Positions 29,701-40,366 of a DNA stretch of 64,000 bases are shown here, in pieces. Every line of letters begins with the position of its first letter. Positions within the stretch are counted from its first letter, which is position 1. The notes under the pieces are model-generated. The model was not told the origin of the DNA, did not search any database, and saw nothing but the letters and a program-made list of their open reading frames with translations. Made by a program: the position numbers and the translations under genes. The DNA is from Crocinitomicaceae bacterium (lineage in GTDB: Bacteria > Bacteroidota > Bacteroidia > Flavobacteriales_D > Crocinitomicaceae), in NCBI GenBank assembly GCA_029254025.1, contig JAQWYK010000006.1, positions 7,260 to 71,259 of the forward strand, written 5' to 3'.

Positions 29701-31566
29701 TGGCTTGATCAATTAGGAAATCCGATAGGAACGAATTCGAACACTATTTCTGCCCTGTGTGCAGGTGATTATTCGATTGATGTAACAGACGCAGCAGGTG
29801 GAGCTTGTCCTGCATCTGCAGCAATGAACTTGACAGATCCACTAAACGATGATCCAAGTTTTGATTTTGTAGGATTCTGCGAAGGTGGGATAAATGGGCC
29901 TTCATCAATTGTTACACCTGGTGGTACATTCAGTTTTGATCCTGACCCGCTAGATGGAGCGGTAATTGATGCTACAACAGGTGAGATATCAAATGGAGTA
30001 GGAGGAACCTCGTATTCTGTTGTGTACACGACGCCAGGTGCCTGCCCACAACAAGCAACGGTAATTGTTGACGTTATTCCTGGTCCAACATTTACCCTTT
30101 CCCAAGTTAACCCTGGCTGCGGAACTGCCGATGGAGAAATTATCATTTCAGACTTAACTCCAAATACGAATTATGAATTGACCTACGTTGAAAATGGAAC
30201 AACGCAAGGTCCTGCCAATTTCGCTTCTGATGCTGGAGGTAGTATTACCTTAGGTGGGTTATCCGCTGGTAATTTCTCGGACTTTCTTGTTGACTTGAAC
30301 GGCTGTTCAACTTTCGACAATAGTGTATTGAATCTTGTTAACGCCAATGCGCCTTTAATTACTGCTCCAGCTGATATTTCCATTTGTGTTGGTGAATCAG
30401 CAACACTGACTGCTGTTAACCCCGATAATGCGCTTATCAATTGGGACAATGGTGTTATCGATGATGTACCATTTACTCCTAGTATTGGAACAATTATTTA
30501 CACTGTATCTGCAGATTTAAATGGATGTATCGCTAATGATCAAGTAACTGTGACTGTAAACGCATTACCTGTTGTAAATGCAGGAGCAGATATAGGAGTT
30601 TGCGAAGGTGATGACTTAACATTATCTGGTAACGGCGCGAATTCGTATGTATGGAATAATGGAGTAGTGGATGGGGTAGCATTTACACCTAGTGCGACTG
30701 CAACATATACCGTTATTGGTACAGATGTTAATGGTTGTGTAGGACAAGATGATGTAACAGTAACAGTAAATGAATTACCTACGGTTGATTTTGTAGGAGA
30801 TCCACGGTCAGGGTGTGCGCCTTTGTTAGTTGATTTTAGGAATTTATCAGGAGCAAACAATGCAAGCTGTACTTGGGAGCTAGGAGATGGGACTACAATA
30901 GTTGGTTGTGATGACTTTTCACATCTATACCAAAATGAAGGTAATTATTCAATTACGTTGACGGTGGAGAGTAATGAGGGATGTACGAACTCGCTAACTT
31001 TCTTGAACTATATCAATGTTACTGGTCCACCTGAAGCACTTTTCTCTGCAGATCCTCAAGTAACTGACATTTCGAACACGTTTGTCAATTTTACGAATGA
31101 ATCAATTGGAGGTGTTGATTTTACGTGGGACTTTGGTGATGGGTCTGATAATGAGTTTGGGTATAATGCGTCCCATGAATTTCCGAACGAAAATAGCGGC
31201 ACGTATGTGGTTACGTTAATCGCATCTGAAGGAACAGATTGTGCTGATACCGCGCGACTTATGATTCAAATCAACGATGTTCTTATATTTTACGTTCCGA
31301 ATACATTTACCCCAGATGATAATCCTTTTAATCCAATATTTATCCCTGTTTTTGGTTCAGGTTTAGATGAAAGTGATTACGAACTGATTATTTTTAATCG
31401 TTGGGGAGAAGTTGTATTTGAAACGCGTGATGTATATGAAGGATGGGATGGTACCTACAAAGGTCAACCCGTTAAAGACGGAACTTATGTTTGGAAATTA
31501 GAGTTTCTCGAAACCATGTCTGATAAAAGACATAGTTACCATGGGCATGTAAATGTACTAAGGTGA
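26770..31566 (+). CDS. giant cell-surface adhesin-like protein: SprB repeats, PKD domains, T9SS type-B C-terminal sorting domain
   Basis: About 1598 aa from MKLNLLLFSFTFLSLYS (track start 26731 is in the upstream gene's tail). Multiple SprB-type repeats (...NCGNLDGELDLTASGGTVPYTYSIDNG...), PKD-like segments (GCAPLLVDFRNLS...CTWELGDGTT), and a C-terminal gliding-motility/T9SS type-B domain (...FYVPNTFTPDDNPFNPIFIPVF...FNRWGEVVFE...GWDGTYKGQPVKDGTYVWKLEF). Confidence 0.85.
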   Translation: MKLNLLLFSFTFLSLYSISQCEVFTSASQYEIYCGEGVSLTAFGQSNGTVVLSEDFNTGGFGAGWGSTPGSTSFSNPCSPGGVDGTPHAWMDNTTAVPRTLQSAVYDLTAATAGVTICFDLLFASQGDASPCEGPDEPDEGVFLEYSIDGGATWIQITYFDPNGGNDPQLTNWNNWCFQVPAGAITTNTMFRWHQTADSGADFDHWGIDNVEIFQNDVSAELEWLHDGYSYGVGNPGGTNPTDVTPTSTTTYTAQLTTGSGVVCTQDITIVVLDPVYDVNVSLAPTTICVGDCADFSGDASWVIDPGGVETYENNQLEIVTTGSASVNINIQDLNMTTVDPGSILEICINDFNFSGTELCTNFFGGCNCNGVPINFGDNCNIDASSFNITVTSPNGCVITLVPAGTITTTGIQDMCFVPAGGDPLATGSGNYMGQFDPNDPISNLNGCDANGVWTLEFNTGTGGFGFGFGSLTGWNITFDDPPIVEPVNTVWSPTNGLTDPNSINTQACPTTTTTYTLEVDNGVPGCATYTEDFTLTVDPCGGCIPPVLNLDPILVCSPNNADLNDGINPTSDPATITFHGTQADAQNGVNPISNTTGSAGSYWVRAEDPLDPTCFEVYEIEVTVITVAYNANVTDENCGNLDGELDLTASGGTVPYTYSIDNGLTSQGTGLFNGLSAGSYNIVITDNNGCEVTGTEVVGNIGGPTIDAITPQDPTCAGDCDGEITVTVSGGTLPYTYQWLDNLGNPIGTNATSISGLCAGDYNIEVNDASGACAATDNATLNDPAPEDPSFTLNDFCVNAANNATISGDAGGTFSFNPLPGDGASIDASTGEITDGVNGTTYTVEYTTGGVCPVSSAQTVTVTGFTFGSNVIDENCGNLDGEIELVPNGGAAPYSFSIDNGTTNQAGATFAGLAAGVYNVVIIDNNGCEATGTANIANIGGPSIATIDILDPSCAGLCDGEITITINGGTLPYTYQWLDQLGNPIGTNSNTISALCAGDYSIDVTDAAGGACPASAAMNLTDPLNDDPSFDFVGFCEGGINGPSSIVTPGGTFSFDPDPLDGAVIDATTGEISNGVGGTSYSVVYTTPGACPQQATVIVDVIPGPTFTLSQVNPGCGTADGEIIISDLTPNTNYELTYVENGTTQGPANFASDAGGSITLGGLSAGNFSDFLVDLNGCSTFDNSVLNLVNANAPLITAPADISICVGESATLTAVNPDNALINWDNGVIDDVPFTPSIGTIIYTVSADLNGCIANDQVTVTVNALPVVNAGADIGVCEGDDLTLSGNGANSYVWNNGVVDGVAFTPSATATYTVIGTDVNGCVGQDDVTVTVNELPTVDFVGDPRSGCAPLLVDFRNLSGANNASCTWELGDGTTIVGCDDFSHLYQNEGNYSITLTVESNEGCTNSLTFLNYINVTGPPEALFSADPQVTDISNTFVNFTNESIGGVDFTWDFGDGSDNEFGYNASHEFPNENSGTYVVTLIASEGTDCADTARLMIQINDVLIFYVPNTFTPDDNPFNPIFIPVFGSGLDESDYELIIFNRWGEVVFETRDVYEGWDGTYKGQPVKDGTYVWKLEFLETMSDKRHSYHGHVNVLR
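28669..30080 (+). repeat. intragenic tandem duplication (2 x ~0.7 kb) inside the adhesin gene
   Basis: Protein segments VTDENCGNLDGELDL...TVTVTGF and VIDENCGNLDGEIEL...IVDVIPG are collinear and roughly 60-65% identical over ~235 aa. Unit boundaries are about 28669-29382 and 29383-30080. Confidence 0.65.
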
Positions 31567-31699
31567 TTTTACTTTGTAGATAAAGCATTAAGTGGAGTAT
31601 AATTATATTTCACTGTGCTGTTTGTTATCCTATTTAACATAATATTAATTATAAGACAAAAGAGTATTTATAGAAATACAGCGCTAGAATCCTATTTTA

Positions 31700-33940
31700 G
31701 TGCTCATTTCTCTTAAATTTACAACCTCACATAATACTTCGCAATTGTTAACAGCTGTCCTAATTATAACTCCACCATTCACCCAGCTGAATACGCCTTA
31801 TCCAGCATCGGCATATTTGAAGGGATTTTTGAACACGAAAGAAATTGATTGTGTTCAAGCCGACTTGGGTATTGAAGTTATTCTTAAACTGTTTTCAAAA
31901 AATGGTTTAACAGACTTGTTTCAAGAAATTGAAAATAAAGGTTGTAAATTATCTCAAAATGCCCAGCGTATTGTATCCTTAAAGAATGAATATATTCTTA
32001 AAATAGACGCTGTAATTGCGTTTTTACAAGGAAAAAATAACACCTATTCACATCTATTGAGCCAAGAAGGTTATCTACCTGAAGCCAGCAGATTTAATCA
32101 ACTAGCTGAACTCGATTGGGCTTTTGGTGTGATGGGAAATCAAGATAAAGCCAAGCACTTAGCAACATTGTTTCTAGAAGACATCTCTGATTTAATTATC
32201 GAAACAGTTGACGAACATTTCGGTTTTAGTCGCTATGCTGAACGCTTAGGCATGTCTGCTTCGACTTTCGATGAACTTTATCAAAGTCTGCAAAACGATC
32301 ACAGCTACATCGACAAAATAATGCTCACGATTTTAAATGAACGTATTTCGGCTACCCAGCCTGAACTCGTTGCATTTTCTGTCCCTTTCCCAGGCAACCT
32401 CTACTCCGCTTTTCGTTCTGCTCAATACATCAAACAGCACTTTCCACATATAAAAACCGCAATGGGCGGAGGATTTCCAAATACGGAGCTTCGAAGTTTA
32501 TCAGACACTCGAGTATTTGATTTTTTCGATTTCATAACGCTTGACGATGGTGAAGCGCCTATTGAACATCTTATTCAGCATATTCAAGGTAAACGTCCGC
32601 TCGATCGATTAAAACGAACATTTGTACGTATTTCGGATAAAGTTGAGTACATAAACAACTCTACAGACAGAGATTACAAACAAAATGAGGTCGGTACGCC
32701 AGACTACAGCGATTTATTATTAGATAAATATATCTCTGTAATAGAGGTTGTGAATCCTATGCATCGAATGTGGAGCGATGGCCGTTGGAACAAGTTAACC
32801 ATGGCACATGGGTGTTATTGGGGGAAATGTACATTTTGCGATATATCTTTAGACTATATCCGGGTTTATGAGCCTGTTTTGGCAAAATTACTGGTCGATC
32901 GCATGGAAGAAATGATTGCACAAACAGGTCAATCGGGATTCCATTTTGTCGATGAAGCTGCTCCCCCGGCCTTAATGCGAGAGTTAGCGTTAGAAATTAT
33001 TAAACGAAATTTAAGTGTGACCTGGTGGGCGAATATTCGCTTTGAAAAGAAGTTTACGAAAGACCTTTGCCTGTTATTGAAGGCTTCTGGTTGTATTGCT
33101 GTCTCCGGTGGACTAGAAGTTGCTTCAGATCGTTTATTGGAACTTATTGACAAAGGGGTGTCTGTCGAACAAGTCGCACAAGTTACCAGCCACTTTACAG
33201 ATGCTGGTATTATGGTTCATGCCTACTTAATGTATGGTTATCCCACACAAACGATCCAAGAAACAATTGATTCACTTGAAATGGTGCGGCAGCTTTTTGA
33301 AATTGGAATTGTACAATCTGGATTTTGGCATCAATTTGCGTTGACAGCCCACAGTCCTATCGGAATGAATCCAAGTGCATATGGCGTTTTAAAGGACAGT
33401 GAAGAAGTTGGTACGTTCGCGAATAATGATGTGCCGTTTAAGGATGTAACAGGTATAGGCCACGAAGTATTTAGTTTTGGATTAAAGAAATCGTTATATA
33501 ATTTCATGCATGGAATCGGTTTTGAGATTCCAGTCCATAAGTGGTTTGAAACGAAAATGCCAGCTACGAAAGTGCCAAAAAACTACATTATTAATGCGCT
33601 AGAGAATGAAGAATTCAACTTTGACTCCCCTACTTCAAAAGTTGTTTGGCTAGGAGGAATCCCGCACAGTCGCGTGATTGAAAAATCGAAAAGAAATTCA
33701 ACTGGGCATCGGATGGAGCTCACGTTTCACACAAAAGATAACGTCTACTCCTTTCAAATGAATGAGCAGCACGGTATTTGGCTTTTAGCACTTATTGAAA
33801 ACTTACGTAACGCTAAAAGAATACTGACTTTAAAAGACATAAAAGATAATTATACTGCCACGAATGCAGATAATTTCGAACCATTCTGGTATGGTAAATC
33901 TATGTCTGCCGTGAAAGAAATCGGTCTTTTAATTGTTTAA
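31700..33940 (+). CDS. B12-binding-domain radical SAM superfamily protein with non-canonical Cx4Cx2C cluster motif
   Basis: 746 aa. N-terminal B12-binding-like region (LIITPPFTQLNTPYPASAYLKGFL), radical-SAM core around ...LTMAHGCYWGKCTFCDIS.... Start codon uncertain. Confidence 0.65.
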   Translation: MLISLKFTTSHNTSQLLTAVLIITPPFTQLNTPYPASAYLKGFLNTKEIDCVQADLGIEVILKLFSKNGLTDLFQEIENKGCKLSQNAQRIVSLKNEYILKIDAVIAFLQGKNNTYSHLLSQEGYLPEASRFNQLAELDWAFGVMGNQDKAKHLATLFLEDISDLIIETVDEHFGFSRYAERLGMSASTFDELYQSLQNDHSYIDKIMLTILNERISATQPELVAFSVPFPGNLYSAFRSAQYIKQHFPHIKTAMGGGFPNTELRSLSDTRVFDFFDFITLDDGEAPIEHLIQHIQGKRPLDRLKRTFVRISDKVEYINNSTDRDYKQNEVGTPDYSDLLLDKYISVIEVVNPMHRMWSDGRWNKLTMAHGCYWGKCTFCDISLDYIRVYEPVLAKLLVDRMEEMIAQTGQSGFHFVDEAAPPALMRELALEIIKRNLSVTWWANIRFEKKFTKDLCLLLKASGCIAVSGGLEVASDRLLELIDKGVSVEQVAQVTSHFTDAGIMVHAYLMYGYPTQTIQETIDSLEMVRQLFEIGIVQSGFWHQFALTAHSPIGMNPSAYGVLKDSEEVGTFANNDVPFKDVTGIGHEVFSFGLKKSLYNFMHGIGFEIPVHKWFETKMPATKVPKNYIINALENEEFNFDSPTSKVVWLGGIPHSRVIEKSKRNSTGHRMELTFHTKDNVYSFQMNEQHGIWLLALIENLRNAKRILTLKDIKDNYTATNADNFEPFWYGKSMSAVKEIGLLIV

Positions 33941-33985
33941 GTTTCGCCCCTTTTTAAGATAATTCTAGAGTTCACCAATATTGCA

Positions 33986-34025
33986 TAAAAAAAGCACTAC
34001 GCTATAAAACGTAGTGCTTTTATTT
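33986..34025. terminator. bidirectional rho-independent terminator
   Basis: aaaaaaagcactacgctataaaacgtagtgcttttattt, between the convergent radical-SAM and cold-shock genes. Confidence 0.7.
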
Positions 34026-34041
34026 ACTAAATAGTTATAAC

Positions 34042-34590
34042 TTATTCCTCTGGTTTTGCTTCAGAGTCAGTTTCTTCTGCTTTGTTCTCTGGTTCAGCTT
34101 CAGCTTCTTCTGCCTTTGGCTCAGCTGGTTTCTGTGAAGGTGGTTTAACGATAGTTACATTAATCGCATTCATACCTTTTTGGCCACGTTCTAAATCAAA
34201 TTCAACTTTGTCATGTTCTACAACTGGTTGCATTAAACCATTCGCATGTACAAAGAATTTCTCGTCTGATCCAATCTCTCGAATAAACCCGTAACCTTTA
34301 GAATCATTAAAGAAAACAACCACACCCGTGCGAACTGTTGGTTCGTCACTCTCTTCACGCTTAGGAACACCAATTTCAATGCTTTCAGCACTTACTTCTT
34401 TCTTCTTACTTAAATCTGGCGGCGTATCAACTATATTTCCGAACTCATCTACATAAGCGATCATATTGTCTAATCCCCCTCCTTCAGAGTTCTCCTTGCG
34501 CTCCTGCTTCTTAAGTTCCTTGTCTTTACGCTTTTTTAAACGTTTTTTCTCTTTTTCTTTTTTACTAAAAGTCTCTTGTGATCTACCCAT
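34042..34590 (-). CDS. cold-shock-domain protein with Lys/Glu-rich N-terminal and acidic C-terminal extensions
   Basis: CSD core ...TGVVVFFNDSKGYGFIREIGSDEKFFVHANGL.... The N-terminus is KKEKEKKRLKKRKDKELKKQERKE and the C-terminus EAEAEPENKAEETDSEAKPEE. Confidence 0.75.
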   Translation of the reverse strand: MGRSQETFSKKEKEKKRLKKRKDKELKKQERKENSEGGGLDNMIAYVDEFGNIVDTPPDLSKKKEVSAESIEIGVPKREESDEPTVRTGVVVFFNDSKGYGFIREIGSDEKFFVHANGLMQPVVEHDKVEFDLERGQKGMNAINVTIVKPPSQKPAEPKAEEAEAEPENKAEETDSEAKPEE

Positions 34591-34819
34591 TAACTGTTTT
34601 TTGATGAACTACTAAACCTACTGAATTTCAACAATTAAAGATGCATACAAGAGCTGTATGCTTAAATTATCCGACTGAAAAAACTGTGATATCTTAACAG
34701 GAGTATGAATATTCAGCCGCGAATATACGGATTTTATTTGGATTTTCAAGGATTGAAAAATAGTTTTAACTACAAGCTACAGGTTCTTAGTTTGCCCTTG
34801 TAACACGCAACACACAGGC

Positions 34820-35986
34820 CTACCTCGCTGAGCCCTTCTCCACATCCTCCCAAATTTCTTCCACTTGTTCTAGTCCAATCGACAAACGAATGAGTCCATC
34901 AGAAATACCAACTGACAAACGGTCTTCTAGGGAGAGTTTAGAATGTGTTGTACTGGCCGGATGAGTTACAATACTGCGCGTATCTCCTAAATTTGCGCTT
35001 AGCGTAAATAGCTCTAATTGATTTAAGAAATCGCGACCTCTTTGGAGACCGCCCTCTATTTCAAATGTTACAATACCGCCGCCCCACTTCATTTGTTTCT
35101 TGGCGAGTTCAAATTCTGGATGAGATGGCAAATGAGGGTATTTTACCCATTTCACCTCAGGACGCTGTTCTAAACGACGTGCAATTTCTAGTGCATTATT
35201 ACAATGTCGCTCTAACCTCACGTCAAGAGTTTCTAATGATTTAGATAATATCCAAGAGTTGAATGGACTGAGACATGGCCCAGTATGTCGTGCAAATCCT
35301 TGAATAGTTGAAATTAATTCATTTGTTCCAACAATAACCCCTCCTAAAGTCCTTCCCTGTCCATCTATGTATTTTGTAGCTGAATGAATAACTAAGTCAG
35401 CACCAAACTGAATAGGTTGCTGTATGATCGGCGTAGCGAAACAATTATCCACAACAAAAAGAATCCCTTTCTCTTTACAAATAATCCCAATTGCTTATAG
35501 ATCAATAATGTCTAACCCAGGATTTGAAGGGGTTTCAAGGTATAAAACTTTCGTATTCGTTTGAATAGCTGCTGCAAATCCAGCAAGGTCGTTGTAATCA
35601 ACATAAGTATGCGAAACTCCCCATTTCGGTAATATTTCAGTGAGTAACTTATGTGTACTTCCAAACACCGAACGACATGAAACAACATGATCGTTTTGTC
35701 CAAGCAGCGCGCCAAAAGTAGAGAACACGGCTGCCATCCCTGAAGCTGTTGCCCATCCAGCCTCTGCCCCTTCCCCTTCCATTAGAACCACCTTATCAAT
35801 GAACTCTGTCGTATTTGGGTTAGAATACCGAGAATAAATATTACCTTCTTTCTCTTCAGAAAAAAGGGCACGCATTTCTTCTGCATCGTCAAAAGCATAA
35901 CTACTGGTCATGTAAATTGGTGCACTATGCTCTTTGAATTGTTTGCGCGACAACTGGGTGCGTATAGCTTGGGTTTCTTTTCTCAT
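34820..35986 (-). pseudogene. Cys/Met-metabolism PLP enzyme (cystathionine gamma-synthase / O-succinylhomoserine sulfhydrylase-like) interrupted by an in-frame TAA
   Basis: Track ORFs 35495..36031 and 34820..35452 are in the same frame. The only interruption is a TAA at 35495-35497 (minus strand): ...PSNPGLDIIDL*AIGIICKEKGILFVVDNCFATPI.... Hallmarks: SAPIYMTSSYAF and the PLP-Lys region HSATKYIDGQG. Likely start at MRKETQAIR (35986). Confidence 0.7.
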
Positions 35987-36003
35987 GTAATTCTGTTTTT
36001 CAT

Positions 36004-36408
36004 TTAACCTATTGAATAGGTTATTATACACGTTGGTTCTAAAATCTTGGTCACCGAACAGTATTTCTCCATACTTAGTTCAATGGCGCGAACGAGTTTT
36101 TCTCGCGGTACTTCTTCAGACACAAAGAACTCAAGATGAATCCGTTCGAAAATAGCCGGAACTTCATCTTTACGTGTTGCATTTATTGTAACGTCGAAAG
36201 AATCCGGACGTATTTTTTGCTTATTTAAAATATTCAGAATATCTATGCTACTGCAACCTGCCAATGAGCCAGCAAGTAACTCCATGGGGCGAAAACCTTG
36301 GTCCTTCCCTCCTATTGAAGAGGATGCATTTAATTCAATTGTTTCATTCAAGCTGTTCTTAAGCTCCAAATCAAAAATATCACCTGTTTTATTTAATTGC
36401 AATTCCAT
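36004..36408 (-). CDS. OsmC/Ohr family protein
   Basis: 134 aa with paired Cys motifs (AGCSSIDIL ... EKYCSV) typical of OsmC-fold peroxiredoxin-like proteins. Confidence 0.7.
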   Translation of the reverse strand: MELQLNKTGDIFDLELKNSLNETIELNASSSIGGKDQGFRPMELLAGSLAGCSSIDILNILNKQKIRPDSFDVTINATRKDEVPAIFERIHLEFFVSEEVPREKLVRAIELSMEKYCSVTKILEPTCIITYSIG

Positions 36409-36449
36409 AATTCTTTTTCTTTTTTTGATGAATTTAAGAAAAAATTCAA

Positions 36450-37691
36450 TTAGAACAATGCTGTTTCATATTCACTAACTTTTTCATTATCAGTAGATGA
36501 AATCAATCGAATATCTTCGGGCAAAAGTGCTAAGAAAAGGTCTTTTTTACTGTTAAAATCTACCCCCTTCAACTGACTAAAGTTAATCCAGCCTGTTTGA
36601 TAGTTGTAAGAAGCACTTTGATAAACTTCATCCACTTGTGTGAATACAAATTGATTGATTTGAGAAATATCTGCAGAACCAATGTATACTTTTACTTCAA
36701 AATCAGGTGAAAAACTCAACCCCTTACCGCCTTCTTCTTTCTTGTACTCGTAGCGATAGTCAAACGACAACGCACTAACATCAGAAAGAACTGCACTCGC
36801 GGTTGGGTGACTTCCTGCTCCCTTCCCTACAAAGAGTTGTTTGTCTGAAAACAAGGCTTCTACAACTACTGAGTTAAACTCATTATTTACGTTGTATGCG
36901 GGATGTTGTTCTGCAATAAAATGAGGAGCAACAAATCCGAAAACCTGGTTGTCAGACCTTTCTGCTCGCGAAAACAACTTCAAACGGTATCCCTTTTCGG
37001 AAGCATATTTAACATCTTCTGGCTTGATGTTACGAATTCCATAGTTAAATATATTCTCAGGAGTCTCAGTAATACCAAAGGCATGCTTAATCAAAATAAG
37101 GAGCTTGAATTTAGCATCAAAACCATCAACATCTAATGTTGGATCAGATTCAGCAAACCCTAATTCTTGAGATTCTTTCAATGCTGTTTCGTAGTCCTTT
37201 CCATAGTTGGTCTGCGTAAGAATATAATTCGTAGTTCCGTTGCAAATTCCTTCGACTTTAGACAATGTATCGTTATTGTAATATTCTTCTAAATTTCGAA
37301 TAACTGGAATACTTCCACAAACTGATGCTTCGTATAGAAAAGAGACATTATTTGTACGAGACAATAGAATGAGTTCGTCCAAATGCTCTGCTATCAGCTT
37401 CTTGTTGGCGGAAATAACGTTTTTTCCCTTTTTGAAGGCGGCTACCACAATTTTATAAGCAGCATCCGCATCATCAATCAATTCAACTACAGTATTGATC
37501 TCCTCATCCTCGAGTATATCGTTGATTTCATAAGAAAACACTTCTTCTGGAAGCAATCGCTTCTTTCCTCTAGTTTTTACAACAATCTTCTTGATTTCAG
37601 CGTCTAATAAACTTGATTTATTCAAGACTTCATAAAGGCCAGTTCCTACACAACCAAATCCTACTAATCCTAGTGTTAATTTATTTTTCAT
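36450..37691 (-). CDS. hom: homoserine dehydrogenase
   Basis: NAD(P)-binding N-terminus LGLVGFGCVGTGLYEVL, catalytic-domain motifs (EASVCGSIPVIRNL, NGTTNYIL), and a C-terminal regulatory-like extension. Confidence 0.85.
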   Translation of the reverse strand: MKNKLTLGLVGFGCVGTGLYEVLNKSSLLDAEIKKIVVKTRGKKRLLPEEVFSYEINDILEDEEINTVVELIDDADAAYKIVVAAFKKGKNVISANKKLIAEHLDELILLSRTNNVSFLYEASVCGSIPVIRNLEEYYNNDTLSKVEGICNGTTNYILTQTNYGKDYETALKESQELGFAESDPTLDVDGFDAKFKLLILIKHAFGITETPENIFNYGIRNIKPEDVKYASEKGYRLKLFSRAERSDNQVFGFVAPHFIAEQHPAYNVNNEFNSVVVEALFSDKQLFVGKGAGSHPTASAVLSDVSALSFDYRYEYKKEEGGKGLSFSPDFEVKVYIGSADISQINQFVFTQVDEVYQSASYNYQTGWINFSQLKGVDFNSKKDLFLALLPEDIRLISSTDNEKVSEYETALF

Positions 37692-37703
37692 TTTTCTTTG
37701 CAA

Positions 37704-38765
37704 TTAAAGTGTAACTGTTGTTAATGATTTTAAAGTGGTGGTAAATTGTTTACGCAATTGTCCTGATCTAAAGTCGGACAAGATCTTATTCAATTGATCA
37801 AATTCAACCAAAAACCCATCGTGTCCGAAGTCGGAAGTGATTTCAGCATATACGGCATACGGAAGTTGCTGAGCTAGAAATTGTTGCTCTTCAATTGGGA
37901 AAAGTATATCACTCGAAACTCCTACCACCAATGTTCGAATGGAGATTTTCGCAATCGCCGCATGTAAAGACGCCTCACCTCTTCCCAAATGGTGACTATC
38001 CATAGCCTTAGACAAGCTCCAATAGGAATACGGGTTAAACCTATCCACAAATTTTTCACCTTGATAAACTTGATATGAGCTGGCTTTAAAATATTCGATT
38101 TTCTCCCCAAACTCATCCTTTTGCGTAGCAAGATACCCTAAGTAATGACGGTAACTAAGCAGCGCAATCGAACGTGCTGCCTTGAGACCATATTTACCTC
38201 CTTCAGGCAAGTTTGAGCGAAAGGTTTCATCAGCCCATAACGCTAAACGTTGTGATTCGTTAAATGCAATCCCATATGGAGAATGCTCTGCGTTGGTAGC
38301 AATCAATACGAGTTCCGAAAAACGATTAGGTTCTAAAGCTGCCCATTGCAATGCCTGCTGCCCTCCTAAGGATGGACCAATAAGCGCATGAATGTGTTGG
38401 ATATTTAAGTGATTCGCTAAAAGCTGATGTGCTTTCACCATGTCTTTCACTGTTATCAGCGGAAAATGATGTCCCTTGAGAGACTCCGGTAGCGCAGCGC
38501 TTGTTGGACCAGTTGACCCATAACAAGACCCTATGACATTGGCACAAATAATAAAATAACGATCCGGGTCTAAATACTTCCCTTTACCCACAATTCCAGA
38601 CCACCATTCGGAGACATCTGAATTTCCAGATAATGCATGACAAACCCAAATTACGTTACTTGCATCTTCGTTGAGCGTTCCGAATGTAGAATACGCAATC
38701 TCCAGATGCGGTAATTGTGCACCACATTCTAATTGAACTATTTCTGAATGGATATATACTTTCAT
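37704..38765 (-). CDS. metX: homoserine O-acetyltransferase
   Basis: 353 aa, alpha/beta-hydrolase MetX signature ...NVIWVCHALSGNSDVSEWW...GPSLGGQQAL.... Its stop abuts the hom start. Confidence 0.85.
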   Translation of the reverse strand: MKVYIHSEIVQLECGAQLPHLEIAYSTFGTLNEDASNVIWVCHALSGNSDVSEWWSGIVGKGKYLDPDRYFIICANVIGSCYGSTGPTSAALPESLKGHHFPLITVKDMVKAHQLLANHLNIQHIHALIGPSLGGQQALQWAALEPNRFSELVLIATNAEHSPYGIAFNESQRLALWADETFRSNLPEGGKYGLKAARSIALLSYRHYLGYLATQKDEFGEKIEYFKASSYQVYQGEKFVDRFNPYSYWSLSKAMDSHHLGRGEASLHAAIAKISIRTLVVGVSSDILFPIEEQQFLAQQLPYAVYAEITSDFGHDGFLVEFDQLNKILSDFRSGQLRKQFTTTLKSLTTVTL

Positions 38766-38808
38766 GATTAAAAGTCGGCGTCGGAGGTATTCCGACGCCT
38801 TTTTTAAA

Positions 38809-40140
<1,332 letters not shown>

Positions 40141-40366
40141 TTAAGATGATTGATAAAATAGATAAAAACGGGATATACATTTTCACTGACCGGGCCCTGT
40201 CAGAACCTGTATCCGTTTACGTTGAGATGTGCTTTGTGAAAATTAGCACATACAACAACAGCAACAACAGTTCATGCTGCTTAAGAAGATAGCATTGTAA
40301 TCAACTCCTAGGATTGGAGTTAGAATGTTTACGCGAGATGTCTTAAATTTTTTCATATTCTTTCAT

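Noticed and set aside
29055-30860. Several 85-125-aa antisense ORFs inside the adhesin gene (29055..29312, 29455..29712, 29769..30146, 30183..30449, 30540..30860, all minus)
   Set aside because: They lie antisense to Gly/Thr/Asn-rich repeat coding sequence, which generates long open antisense frames. There is no start or terminator context.
26770-31566. Regular tandem repeats that could be mistaken for a CRISPR-like array
   Set aside because: The repeats are in-frame protein-coding SprB/PKD domain repeats with ~60% identity, not short identical direct repeats with unique spacers.
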